Source: Candidatus Omnitrophota bacterium (GTDB taxonomy: Bacteria > Omnitrophota > Gorgyraeia > 2-01-FULL-45-10). From it: a stretch of DNA of 64,000 nt. The notes below the pieces were generated by a model that was not told the DNA's origin, did not search any database, and saw only the letters and a program-made list of their open reading frames with translations. The position numbers were made by a program, and so were the translations under genes. The stretch is from contig JAUYOL010000043.1 in the NCBI GenBank assembly GCA_030695905.1, positions 998 to 64,997 of the forward strand, in the 5' to 3' direction. Within the stretch, counting starts at the first letter, position 1. Each line of letters opens with the position of its first letter. Of this stretch, positions 36,750 through 45,856 are shown one piece after another.

Positions 36750-38585
36750 CTATTTTTCCCTTCGCAGCTTCTCTATCCATATCATGAGTATCGATATGGC
36801 TGCCGGAGTTACTCCCGATATGCGTGAAGCCTGGCCCAGATTTATAGGCCTTATATTGGTTAACTTTTCCTTTATTTCGTTTGAAAGGCCGTGTATAGAC
36901 TTGTAGTCTATATTTTTCGGGACTTTTATCCTCTCGAGCTTATCAAATCTTCCTATGTCACTAAGCTGCCTCTTTATGAATCCCTCATACTTAATCTCTA
37001 TCTCCACCTCATTTATTTCGTCAATAGTGAGACCGCTATTTACAGGCCGGCCCTGACAGGCCGAGGCCGCAGAATTTACGGTCCCGGTCTGGGAAACGGT
37101 TTCATGATACGATACGCCGGGTCGCCTCAATACCTTTTCAAGTCTCGTCTCTTTTAATCTCTTTATCTCGCTTTCGATATTTTCTTTCTTTTTCATAACG
37201 GCCGCATATATTTTTTCATTGACCAGGCCTATTTGATAACCTATAGGTGTAAGCCTTAAGTCGGCATTGTCTTCTCTTAGTATGAGGCGGTATTCAACCC
37301 TTGAGGTGAACATTCTGTAAGGTTCTTTCGTCCCCTTTGTCACAAGATCATCTATGAGGACACCTATATAGGCTTGTGAGCGATCCAGTATAAGTGGTTT
37401 TTTGCCGGCAACTTTAAAGGCCGCGTTTATTCCTGCCATGAGCCCGAGGCTTGCCGCTTCTTCGTATCCTGTGGTGCCGTTTATCTGTCCGGCCAGGTAT
37501 AGGCCCGATATTGATTTTGTTTCCAGCGTGGGAAGTAACTGTGTAGGGTCAACGTAATCGTATTCGATGCCGTAGCCCGGCCTCGTAATAGATGCATTCT
37601 CCAGCCCTTCAATTGAGTGGACTATCTTTTCCTGCACATCTACAGGAAGGCTTGTGGATATGCCGTTCGGGTAGTATTCGTTTGTATTTAGCCCCTCCGG
37701 CTCTACAAATATGTGGTGCCTGTCGCGATCAGGAAAGCGATGTATCTTATCTTCTATAGAAGGACAATAGCGTACGCCCGTACCTTTTATCTTGCCGGTA
37801 AACAGCGGAGACCTGTCAAGGTTCGACCTTATGATGTCATGCGTATTTTTATTGGTGTAGGTTATGTAGCACGGCAGTTGGTCAGAGACGACTCTTTTAG
37901 TTTGAAATGAAAATGGCCTGATATCGCTATCGCCATGCTGGGCGGTCATCTTTTCAAAATGTATGGTCCTGCCGTCCAATCGCGCGCAGGTTCCGGTCTT
38001 GAGGCGGCCCATATTAAGTCCAAGCCTTTCCAGCGCCGCTGATAATCCTTTCGAAGGCTCTTCACCCGCCCTACCACCCTCAAAATGCTCCATTCCTATA
38101 TGTATAACGCCGTTTAGAAATGTCCCGGGTGTGACTATCAATGTCTTGCAGTAATATATTTCGCCTAAGGAAGTCTTAATCGCGTTAACAATACCACCTT
38201 CTACTATAATGTCTTCAACCATGCCCTGCCTTACTTCCAGATTTGGCTGGCCCTCTATTACGGATTTCATATATAATCGGTATGCGTGCCTGTCTATCTG
38301 GGCCCTTGTAGATCTTACAGCAGGGCCTTTCCTTGTATTTAGGAGCCTGAATTGTATAGCAGTGGCATCGGTAGCCTTGGCCATCTGCCCGCCAAGAGCG
38401 TCTATCTCTTTTACGAGTTGCCCCTTAGCAAGGCCGCCTATGGCAGGATTGCATGACATATGGCCTATGGTATCGACATTCATTGTTACAAGAAGCGTCT
38501 TGCATCCCAATCGAGCCGATGCCAGGGCCGCTTCGCATCCAGCGTGGCCTGCGCCTATGATTATTACGTCGTATTTTTGGTTCAT
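36750..38585 (-). CDS. mnmG: tRNA uridine 5-carboxymethylaminomethyl modification enzyme MnmG (GidA)
   Basis: N-terminal FAD motif YDVIIIGAGHAGCEAALASARLG. Full-length homology pattern, 611 aa. Confidence 0.9.
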   Translation of the reverse strand: MNQKYDVIIIGAGHAGCEAALASARLGCKTLLVTMNVDTIGHMSCNPAIGGLAKGQLVKEIDALGGQMAKATDATAIQFRLLNTRKGPAVRSTRAQIDRHAYRLYMKSVIEGQPNLEVRQGMVEDIIVEGGIVNAIKTSLGEIYYCKTLIVTPGTFLNGVIHIGMEHFEGGRAGEEPSKGLSAALERLGLNMGRLKTGTCARLDGRTIHFEKMTAQHGDSDIRPFSFQTKRVVSDQLPCYITYTNKNTHDIIRSNLDRSPLFTGKIKGTGVRYCPSIEDKIHRFPDRDRHHIFVEPEGLNTNEYYPNGISTSLPVDVQEKIVHSIEGLENASITRPGYGIEYDYVDPTQLLPTLETKSISGLYLAGQINGTTGYEEAASLGLMAGINAAFKVAGKKPLILDRSQAYIGVLIDDLVTKGTKEPYRMFTSRVEYRLILREDNADLRLTPIGYQIGLVNEKIYAAVMKKKENIESEIKRLKETRLEKVLRRPGVSYHETVSQTGTVNSAASACQGRPVNSGLTIDEINEVEIEIKYEGFIKRQLSDIGRFDKLERIKVPKNIDYKSIHGLSNEIKEKLTNIRPINLGQASRISGVTPAAISILMIWIEKLRREK

Positions 38586-38624
38586 AGCCTAAGTATTTTA
38601 GCGCGAATCCACTCGGATTACAAC

Positions 38625-38653
38625 TTGCTTTTTAGCGTTTTTTGGGGTATACT
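38625..38653 (+). promoter_or_regulatory. Sigma-70-type promoter TTGCTT-17-TATACT pointing into the mnmG-LOG intergenic region
   Basis: Exact 17-nt spacer. The predicted TSS coincides with the first G of a long hairpin at 38660. Confidence 0.35.
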
Positions 38654-38659
38654 ATTATT

Positions 38660-38740
38660 GGATGACAACAACATATTAACCCGTTCTCGGGTTTAAAGGT
38701 ACAAGTTACCTACAATGAGTTGTTGCCATCCTTTTTATTT
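38660..38740 (+). ncRNA. Candidate small RNA of about 80 nt: a 13-bp stem GGATGACAACAAC/GTTGTTGCCATCC enclosing the inner hairpin AACCCG-ttct-CGGGTT, followed by TTTTTATTT
   Basis: A promoter, a nested hairpin and a U-tract lie in the intergenic region between two - strand genes. No + strand CDS is present to be terminated. Confidence 0.3.
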
Positions 38741-38750
38741 GTAGGCATCC

Positions 38751-39410
38751 CTAAGTGGAGCAGATTTTGTAGAACTCGTTTATTGCGGCAAGCACTTCCT
38801 GAGGTTTATCTGCAACTGAAAATATTTTCAAATCCTTCTGGTCTATCGTTCCCTGAGTCAAGAGCGTTCCCTTTATCCATGATATGAGGCCCTTCCAGTA
38901 CTCTTTCCCCACTAATATTACAGGAAAAGGATCTACTCGCTCGGTCTGAACAAGCGTTATGGCTTCAAATAGCTCATCTAAGGTGCCGAACCCTCCGGGA
39001 AATACGACAAACGCCTTGGAGTACTTCGCGAACATTACCTTTCTGCAGAAAAAATATTTGAATTCAAGAAGTTTTGTGACATATCTATTAGGTTTCTGCA
39101 TTATCGGGATAAGTATGTTGAGGCCTATGGACTCTCCGCCGGCTTTTTTAGCCCCTTTGTTTCCCGCTTCCATTATGCCATGACCGGCGCCGGTAATGAC
39201 CGCATATCCATTTTTGGCAAGTAAGCACGCGGTATCTTCCGCTATCTTGTAGAATCTTTTTGTAGAAGCGGCATTGTTTTGAGCTGAGCCGAATATAGAT
39301 ACAGCCTTTTTAAGGCTTGAAAGTTCCTCGAATCCGTCAACGAATTCACTCATTATGCGGAATATGCGCCACGGGTCTTCTTTTATGAAGTCATTCTTCA
39401 GGAAAGTCAT
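38751..39410 (-). CDS. LOG-family protein (TIGR00730; cytokinin riboside 5'-monophosphate phosphoribohydrolase-like)
   Basis: Motifs GAGHGIMEAGNKGA and PGGFGTLDELFEAITLVQT. Confidence 0.7.
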   Translation of the reverse strand: MTFLKNDFIKEDPWRIFRIMSEFVDGFEELSSLKKAVSIFGSAQNNAASTKRFYKIAEDTACLLAKNGYAVITGAGHGIMEAGNKGAKKAGGESIGLNILIPIMQKPNRYVTKLLEFKYFFCRKVMFAKYSKAFVVFPGGFGTLDELFEAITLVQTERVDPFPVILVGKEYWKGLISWIKGTLLTQGTIDQKDLKIFSVADKPQEVLAAINEFYKICST

Positions 39411-39413
39411 TTA

Positions 39414-40544
39414 TTAGAGCTTCTTTACGGAGTCGTATGTGCCGTATGGATTTTGTTCTTTATCCTGATTGAGAGAGTCTAGTACCCATTCCCCGTCAAC
39501 TACAAATTTATATCTGTATTTTCCCGGGGTAAGGGTATATCGTTTTTCCCACAGGCCTTCGGCAGTGCGCAAGAGGCGGCTTTCGTCGTTCATCTTCCAA
39601 TGGTTAAAGTCTCCCACTATGTATACATCTTTTGCCGCAGGCGCGTTTAAATGAAACGCGGTATCTCTTTCGGCAGGTTCTTGCGTTGGCTGTATAGCGG
39701 GGATTCTCGTTGCTTGCGGTAATACAGCTTCTTCCGGCTTGAAAGCGCATTCAGCCAGAGCTTTTTTAAATTCCTCCGCCCCCTCCATCCTTATGACCTC
39801 ATGCGCAAGGGCTGTATAATCTATCGCGCCGTTGGATCTATTATCGAATTGCGTTACCGTGACGCCCTTGGCAACGGCCTTTTTTAGAGTTACGTTCAGT
39901 CTTATCACCGTTTCCAGAGTCTGTTCTTTGAAGAACGCTTTTATCTCGTCCAGTACGGTCTGTGAATATTTAATTCTTCTATCAAATAATGTGGCAAGCG
40001 CCTTAACTGATGGTGAATGGCCTATGTTTATCTTTATCAACTCTATCATGCCAAGCAATTTTCCTACGCCCATAAGCGAGAACGCGCTCATATCTATGGG
40101 CACTACGACAAGCTCCGCGGCGCGCAAAGCATTGAAGGTCAAGAATCCGAGGCTTGGAGGGCAGTCTATTACAACGTAGTCGTAGTTAAGCTGTGTTGAA
40201 TATATCGCCTCATGAAGTTTTGATACAGCGCCTTCGGTATCTTTTAATTCCTGCTCAAGTGTGCTTAATAGTATATTTGATGGTATGATATCGAGATTTT
40301 CCGTTACCCTGATGATGCAGTCGAGTATCGGCTTTCTTTTTTCCTCGTTATCCGTGAGAATATTATATATAGACTTATCCGCGGGCTGGCTTATCATTCC
40401 CAGGCCGAATGTAGCGTGCGCCTGAGGGTCGAGATCTATTAGTAAGACTTTTTTTCCTAAGTTTGCTATTGCGCCGGCGAGATTTATTGCAGTTGTGGTT
40501 TTGCCGCATCCACCTTTTTGATTTGCTATCGCTATCCTGTTCAT
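39414..40544 (-). CDS. ParA/MinD-family P-loop ATPase fused to a C-terminal CBM48 (AMPK-beta-type glycogen-binding) domain
   Basis: N-terminal deviant Walker A KGGCGKTTTAINLAGA and a ParA fold (DCPPSLG). The C-terminal 90 aa VYIVGDFNHWKMNDESRLLRTAEGLWEKRYTLTPGKYRYKFVVDGEWVLD match the glycogen-binding-domain pattern. Confidence 0.6.
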   Translation of the reverse strand: MNRIAIANQKGGCGKTTTAINLAGAIANLGKKVLLIDLDPQAHATFGLGMISQPADKSIYNILTDNEEKRKPILDCIIRVTENLDIIPSNILLSTLEQELKDTEGAVSKLHEAIYSTQLNYDYVVIDCPPSLGFLTFNALRAAELVVVPIDMSAFSLMGVGKLLGMIELIKINIGHSPSVKALATLFDRRIKYSQTVLDEIKAFFKEQTLETVIRLNVTLKKAVAKGVTVTQFDNRSNGAIDYTALAHEVIRMEGAEEFKKALAECAFKPEEAVLPQATRIPAIQPTQEPAERDTAFHLNAPAAKDVYIVGDFNHWKMNDESRLLRTAEGLWEKRYTLTPGKYRYKFVVDGEWVLDSLNQDKEQNPYGTYDSVKKL

Positions 40545-40620
40545 ACCTAAGGCCTCCGAATTTGCGCTCCCTATATAACAAGGATAAATTTATATCAAAT
40601 ATATACTAAAAATGAGCAAA

Positions 40621-41421
40621 TTACAAATGTTTTTTGCAAAACTCAACGCCATTTTCAAATATAGCCAGGCCGTCACCGTCTCCTCTATGGCTGCTACGTG
40701 TCCATCTGGGGTGTTGTAAATAACTTATATGCCTCTCAGGGTGGGGCATCAGGCCTAGTATACGTCCGGTTTTATCGCATATTCCCGCAATATTCTCGAC
40801 GGAGCCGTTAGGATTATATGGAAAACCCTTTGTGTTTCCATATTCGTCCGCATATTTAAAAACGATCATTCCGTTCTTTTTCAGATATTCCAGCGTCTTC
40901 TTATCTTTTGGTATGAACTTCCCTTCTCCATGCGCAACAGGCAGATAGATTATTTCTTTCATATCTTTTGTCCATACACATTTCGTCCTCCGCCCTCCGC
41001 TCCCCCGCTTTAAATACACCCATCGGTCCTCGAATCTTGCGGAATCATTAAGCGTGAGAGTCGATTCTATGGACTTGAAATCTCCGGAAATATTCGGTAG
41101 AAGGCCGCTTTTTACAAGTATCTGAAAGCCGTTGCATATTCCTATTATAAGTTTCCCATCCTTTATAAATTTCTGGACATCATCTTCTATGCCGAATTTT
41201 AATTCATTAGCGAGTATCTTGCCGCTGGCTATATCATCGCCATAGCTAAAGCCTCCCGGGATCGCAAGGATCTGATAGTCGGATAATTTTTTTTCATCTC
41301 TCGTTAACTGATTTATATGCACAAGCTCGGTGATCGCGCCGGCATTTTCAAAAGCAAACGCGGTCTCCTTATCGCAATTTGTCCCGGCTGTTCTTAAGAC
41401 TATAACTTTTATTTTAGGCAT
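40621..41421 (-). CDS. purQ: Phosphoribosylformylglycinamidine synthase subunit PurQ (glutaminase)
   Basis: Motifs PGGFSYGDD, GICNGFQIL (nucleophile Cys) and HGEGKF. Confidence 0.8.
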   Translation of the reverse strand: MPKIKVIVLRTAGTNCDKETAFAFENAGAITELVHINQLTRDEKKLSDYQILAIPGGFSYGDDIASGKILANELKFGIEDDVQKFIKDGKLIIGICNGFQILVKSGLLPNISGDFKSIESTLTLNDSARFEDRWVYLKRGSGGRRTKCVWTKDMKEIIYLPVAHGEGKFIPKDKKTLEYLKKNGMIVFKYADEYGNTKGFPYNPNGSVENIAGICDKTGRILGLMPHPERHISYLQHPRWTRSSHRGDGDGLAIFENGVEFCKKHL

Positions 41422-41422
41422 T

Positions 41423-44311
41423 TTATATATTCTTAAACGTGCTCTGCCAGCTTGATTTTAACGTGTCTATGCCGGCATTGACCGCCAATTTGTTTTTATG
41501 GTCATATATCTTTAAAAACCTGTCTTTGGCGGTATTGCCAAGCTTCCATACGGGCACCTTGCCCATAATTTTTAAAAATATTTTTTCATTTTTTACTTCC
41601 ACTACAAATCTTGTATTTGATTCTGAGAACAAAAGTATTTCACTCGCAAAGATGCCCTGCTCGAACGGTTTACTTTTAAATCCAAACTGAATCTTCATAC
41701 CAAGCGAGCCGGCAAATGCCATCTCTGCTAAGGCTACCGCTATGCCGCCATCCGAACAGTCATGGCATGACGCGACGCATCCTGACCAGATAGCCTTTGT
41801 CAGAGTGTCCATTACGCGTTTGCCATAGAAGGGATTCACTTTCGGGACTTTGTTTCCTGTGTAACCGTACATCTTGTAGTATTGCGATCCGCCCAACTCT
41901 TCATGCGTAAGGCCCACTACATAGATTGGGTTGCCGGGTTTTTTCGCGTCCATCGTGACCGCCTTACTCACATCATCCATAACGGCTATCGCGGATATCA
42001 GCAGGGTTGGCGGTATGGATATGGTCTCTCTGCCGGTGGAGTATTCATTGTTTAAGCTGTCTTTACCCGATATAAACGGCACGCCGTAAACTTTTGCTAT
42101 ATCATAACAGGCGCGTGACGCCCTCACCAGCCCGCTTAACCTATCCGGTTTATCGGTATTTCCCCAGCAGAAATTATCCAGGACAGCGCACCTGCTTATA
42201 TCGCCGCCAACAGATACTATTTGCCTCAAGGCTTCGTCAATGGCGCTTGCGGCCATCCAGTATGGATCTATCTTTCCATAATCTATATTTATCCCACAGC
42301 TTAATATTATGCCTTTTTTGGATGAGAGAACGGGCCTTGTTATGCAGGCGTCGCCGGGAGCGTCATTTTTTACGCCTTGAAGAGGCTTGAGCACGCTGCC
42401 GCCCTGCACCTCATGGTCATATTGGCGTATTATCCACTCTTTCGACGCTATGTTCGGCATTGATAAGAGCCGGATCAGGTCTTGGGTGAAATCTTTTTTA
42501 TTTTTTAATCTCGGCTCTTTATGCCGCGGCTTCTCCCACACCGCTTTTCTAATCAGATCGGGCCCGCCGTTATGCAGGAAATCGACATCGAGATTGCATA
42601 CGCACTCGCCGTGATAAAATAACCTAAGATGTTTCGTTCCGGTAAAGCGTCCTATGACCGTGGCCTCTACATTCTCTTTTTCAAAAATTGATATCAGTTC
42701 ATCGATCTTATCCGGGCTGACGGCAAGCACCATCCTCTCCTGCGCTTCCGATATCCAGCTTTCGGTGTATGTCAGCCCTTTGTACTTAAGAGGGATCTTT
42801 TCAAGATCAACATCAGCGCCTAACTCCTCTCCCATCTCGCCCACCGCGCTGGAAAGCCCGCCGGCGCCGCAATCCGTTATAGCGTTGTATAGCCCTTTAT
42901 CGCGCGCCTGAAGTATCGTATCTGTTACCTTCTTTTCCATTATCGGATTGCCTATCTGTACAGCAGAACCCGATAGCTCCTGTGACTCGTGTGTAAGCTC
43001 TCCGGAAGAGAATGTTGCTCCATGGATGCCGTCCCTCCCGGTGCGGCCGCCAACGACAACAACCAGGTCGCCGATATTTACCTTCTTGAATGACATTTCC
43101 TTGGGTAGAATGCCTACATTTCCGCAAAATACGAGTGGGTTGCCGACGAAGCGCTCATCGAACAAGACAGCGCCGTTGGAAGTAGGTATACCCATCCTGT
43201 TTCCATAGTCCCTTACTCCGGATACGACCCCTTTCATTATCCTTTTTGGGTGTAACGCGCCTTTTGGCAGTTTTTTATAAGGATAATCTGTAGGGCCAAA
43301 GCAGAATATATCTGTGTTTATGATAGGTTTTGCGCCAAGTCCCGTGCCAAGGGGGTCTCTTATAACGCCTCCTATGCCGGTTCCGGCGCCTCCGTAAGGC
43401 TCAAGCGCCGAAGGATGGTTATGCGTCTCTACCTTGAAGCATATATCGTATTTGTCGTCGAACTTGATGACACCTGAATTGTCTTTGAATACGGATACAC
43501 ACCATGGTTTTGCCAGCTCCTTAGTCACTTTCATTACAGTGGACTTCAGCAGATTATCGATATGTTCAGCCTTGCCGCCTGAAAGATGCTCCTTATCCCT
43601 GTATTCAATCTTTCCCCTGAACGTCTTGTGCTTGCAGTGCTCGGACCATGTTTGGGCCAATGTCTCAAGCTCGCAATCCGTGGGATCTTTTTTAAGATCT
43701 TGAAAATACTTTTGTATGGCCCGCATCTCTTCCAAATTGAGGAATAGATGCCCTTTTTTCGATATCTCTTTTAACCTTTTATCGTTTGCCTTGAGCATAT
43801 CGACATGAATGAGCTTGAACTGGTATGGCGGCGGCTCAGGATATATCGAGGATAGTTTTTTTACTATATGCTGGATGACTTTATTGTAGAGGAGTTTCTC
43901 TGCTATCGAACGGATTTGGCTTTCGGATAATTTACCTTTAATAAGGTATTTTTTTGCGGTCCTAACTTCTCTTACTCCCTTTATTCCCAGGTCCTGTATC
44001 GCTTTTTTGGCGCTCTCTTCGACAGGATCCATAACACCGGGATTATAGGCAACTTCGACTGCCTTGAATTCCTTTTCATTGCAGACGCTTCCATTAAAAG
44101 AATATTCCTGCGTGACAGGATCTATCAAAAGTTCTTCGGATATTTTTTTTATATCAATTTCGTTTATATCCCCCTCGAGGAGGTAGACATATACGAACTT
44201 TACTTCCTCGACCTTATTTTTAAAGCCAAGGTCTAGTATATCTTTTTTTACGCTTTCACCGACGGCGTCATAAAATCCGTCTTTTTCGCGAACCTCAACC
44301 CTGTAAAGCAT
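41423..44311 (-). CDS. purL: Phosphoribosylformylglycinamidine synthase PurL with two N-terminal PurS-like modules (a PurS-PurS-PurL fusion)
   Basis: Two PurS-like repeats of about 85 aa each (MLYRVEVREKDG... and VEVAYNPGVMDP...). These are followed by a canonical PurL (AIR-synthase-related domains, GGAGTGIGG region). 962 aa. Confidence 0.8.
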   Translation of the reverse strand: MLYRVEVREKDGFYDAVGESVKKDILDLGFKNKVEEVKFVYVYLLEGDINEIDIKKISEELLIDPVTQEYSFNGSVCNEKEFKAVEVAYNPGVMDPVEESAKKAIQDLGIKGVREVRTAKKYLIKGKLSESQIRSIAEKLLYNKVIQHIVKKLSSIYPEPPPYQFKLIHVDMLKANDKRLKEISKKGHLFLNLEEMRAIQKYFQDLKKDPTDCELETLAQTWSEHCKHKTFRGKIEYRDKEHLSGGKAEHIDNLLKSTVMKVTKELAKPWCVSVFKDNSGVIKFDDKYDICFKVETHNHPSALEPYGGAGTGIGGVIRDPLGTGLGAKPIINTDIFCFGPTDYPYKKLPKGALHPKRIMKGVVSGVRDYGNRMGIPTSNGAVLFDERFVGNPLVFCGNVGILPKEMSFKKVNIGDLVVVVGGRTGRDGIHGATFSSGELTHESQELSGSAVQIGNPIMEKKVTDTILQARDKGLYNAITDCGAGGLSSAVGEMGEELGADVDLEKIPLKYKGLTYTESWISEAQERMVLAVSPDKIDELISIFEKENVEATVIGRFTGTKHLRLFYHGECVCNLDVDFLHNGGPDLIRKAVWEKPRHKEPRLKNKKDFTQDLIRLLSMPNIASKEWIIRQYDHEVQGGSVLKPLQGVKNDAPGDACITRPVLSSKKGIILSCGINIDYGKIDPYWMAASAIDEALRQIVSVGGDISRCAVLDNFCWGNTDKPDRLSGLVRASRACYDIAKVYGVPFISGKDSLNNEYSTGRETISIPPTLLISAIAVMDDVSKAVTMDAKKPGNPIYVVGLTHEELGGSQYYKMYGYTGNKVPKVNPFYGKRVMDTLTKAIWSGCVASCHDCSDGGIAVALAEMAFAGSLGMKIQFGFKSKPFEQGIFASEILLFSESNTRFVVEVKNEKIFLKIMGKVPVWKLGNTAKDRFLKIYDHKNKLAVNAGIDTLKSSWQSTFKNI

Positions 44312-44314
44312 TAC

Positions 44315-45856
44315 TTATTCCCACTCTATAGTCGCGGGCGGCTTTGAGCTGATGTCGTAAGCCACTCTATTTACGCCCTTGACCTCATTTATTATTCTAT
44401 TTGAGATCCTGCCCAGTACCTCATGCGGTATCTTTGCCCAATCTGCCGTCATACCGTCCAGGCTCGTCACTGCCCTGAGAGCTACTACGTTTTCGTATGT
44501 TCTCTCATCGCCCATTACACCGACGCTCTTTATCGGCAAAAGCACCGCGAATGCCTGCCATATCTTATCGTACAGGCCCTCTTTCTGTATGGTATCGATA
44601 AACCTGTCATCAACTTCCCTTAAGATGTCGCAGCGTTCTTTAGTCACCTCTCCCAATATCCTTACCGCCAGGCCCGGCCCCGGGAATGGATGGCGGCCCA
44701 AAACCTCCGGATGCATTCCAAGTTCTTTTCCGACGCTCCTAACCTCATCCTTGAACAGGTACTTGAGAGGCTCGACAAGTTTTAAATTCATCCTTTTGGG
44801 CAGGCCACCAACATTGTGATGCGTCTTTATCGTGGCGCTTGGCCCGCCGAACGCGGAACGCGATTCTATCAGATCAGGATAAAGTGTTCCTTGGGCGAGA
44901 AAATCTACCGAACCTATCTTTTTCGCTTCACGCTCAAATATGCGTATAAACATTTTGCCTATTATTTTTCGTTTCTTTTCAGGGTCCTCAACACCTTTAA
45001 GCGCGCTTAAAAATTCTTTGGACGCGTCCACGCATTTCAAATTTATCTTAAAATGTTTTTGGAATATCTCTTTTACGCGCCTGGCTTCGTTCTTGCGCAA
45101 AAGTCCGTTATCGACGAATATGCAGATAAGCCTGTGCCCTATGGCTTTATTTATCAGTATAGCGGCGACGGATGAATCAACGCCGCCCGATAACCCCAAA
45201 ACTATTTTTTTATTGCCGACAGTCTTACGGATCTGGGTAACAGTCTCTTTGACAAAAGACTTCATTGACCAATCGCCTCTTGCGGCGCAGATATCTTTTA
45301 AGAAATTCTTTATTATTGTCTTGCCGAATTTCGTATGCGCTACCTCGGGATGGAATTGCACTCCATATAGTTTCTTTTTAAAATCCGCGAACGCGGCGAT
45401 GGGGGTATTTTTGGACAGCGCGACACGTTTAAAATTTTTAGGCATCCTTTTTACTTTGTCGCCGTGACTCATCCATGTTACACTCTCACGCGGAACATTT
45501 TTAAATATATATTTGTGGTCCGTAACCGTAAGTGTCGCTCTGCCGTATTCCCTCGACCGTGACCTTGTGACTTCTCCGCCTAATAGTTTCGTCATCAGCT
45601 GCATGCCGTAGCATATACCCAGCACCGGTATGCCTAAAGATAACAGCCTTGCGTCGCAGGTGGGCGCTGACTTCGCGTAAACGCTTGCCGGCCCTCCGGA
45701 AAGTATTATGCCCTTCGTCTCTTCCGGGTTTATCAAGTTTATATCTATGGTAGGCGGGACTATTTCGCAGAATACATTATTTTCCCTGACCTTTCGCGCG
45801 ATCAGCTGATTATACTGTGATCCAAAATCTATGATGAGTATAGTTTCTTTCGGCAT
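44315..45856 (-). CDS. guaA: GMP synthase (glutamine-hydrolysing)
   Basis: GATase region with CYGMQ. ATP-PPase motif SGGVDSSV. C-terminal ...PPATIEWE. Confidence 0.9.
   Translation of the reverse strand: MPKETILIIDFGSQYNQLIARKVRENNVFCEIVPPTIDINLINPEETKGIILSGGPASVYAKSAPTCDARLLSLGIPVLGICYGMQLMTKLLGGEVTRSRSREYGRATLTVTDHKYIFKNVPRESVTWMSHGDKVKRMPKNFKRVALSKNTPIAAFADFKKKLYGVQFHPEVAHTKFGKTIIKNFLKDICAARGDWSMKSFVKETVTQIRKTVGNKKIVLGLSGGVDSSVAAILINKAIGHRLICIFVDNGLLRKNEARRVKEIFQKHFKINLKCVDASKEFLSALKGVEDPEKKRKIIGKMFIRIFEREAKKIGSVDFLAQGTLYPDLIESRSAFGGPSATIKTHHNVGGLPKRMNLKLVEPLKYLFKDEVRSVGKELGMHPEVLGRHPFPGPGLAVRILGEVTKERCDILREVDDRFIDTIQKEGLYDKIWQAFAVLLPIKSVGVMGDERTYENVVALRAVTSLDGMTADWAKIPHEVLGRISNRIINEVKGVNRVAYDISSKPPATIEWE

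Noticed and set aside
44379-45467. Several 146-175-aa + strand ORFs inside guaA
   Set aside because: They are antisense to a gene with strong GMP-synthase motifs. They have no RBS, and the proteins they encode are Ser/Leu-rich and lack any recognisable motif.
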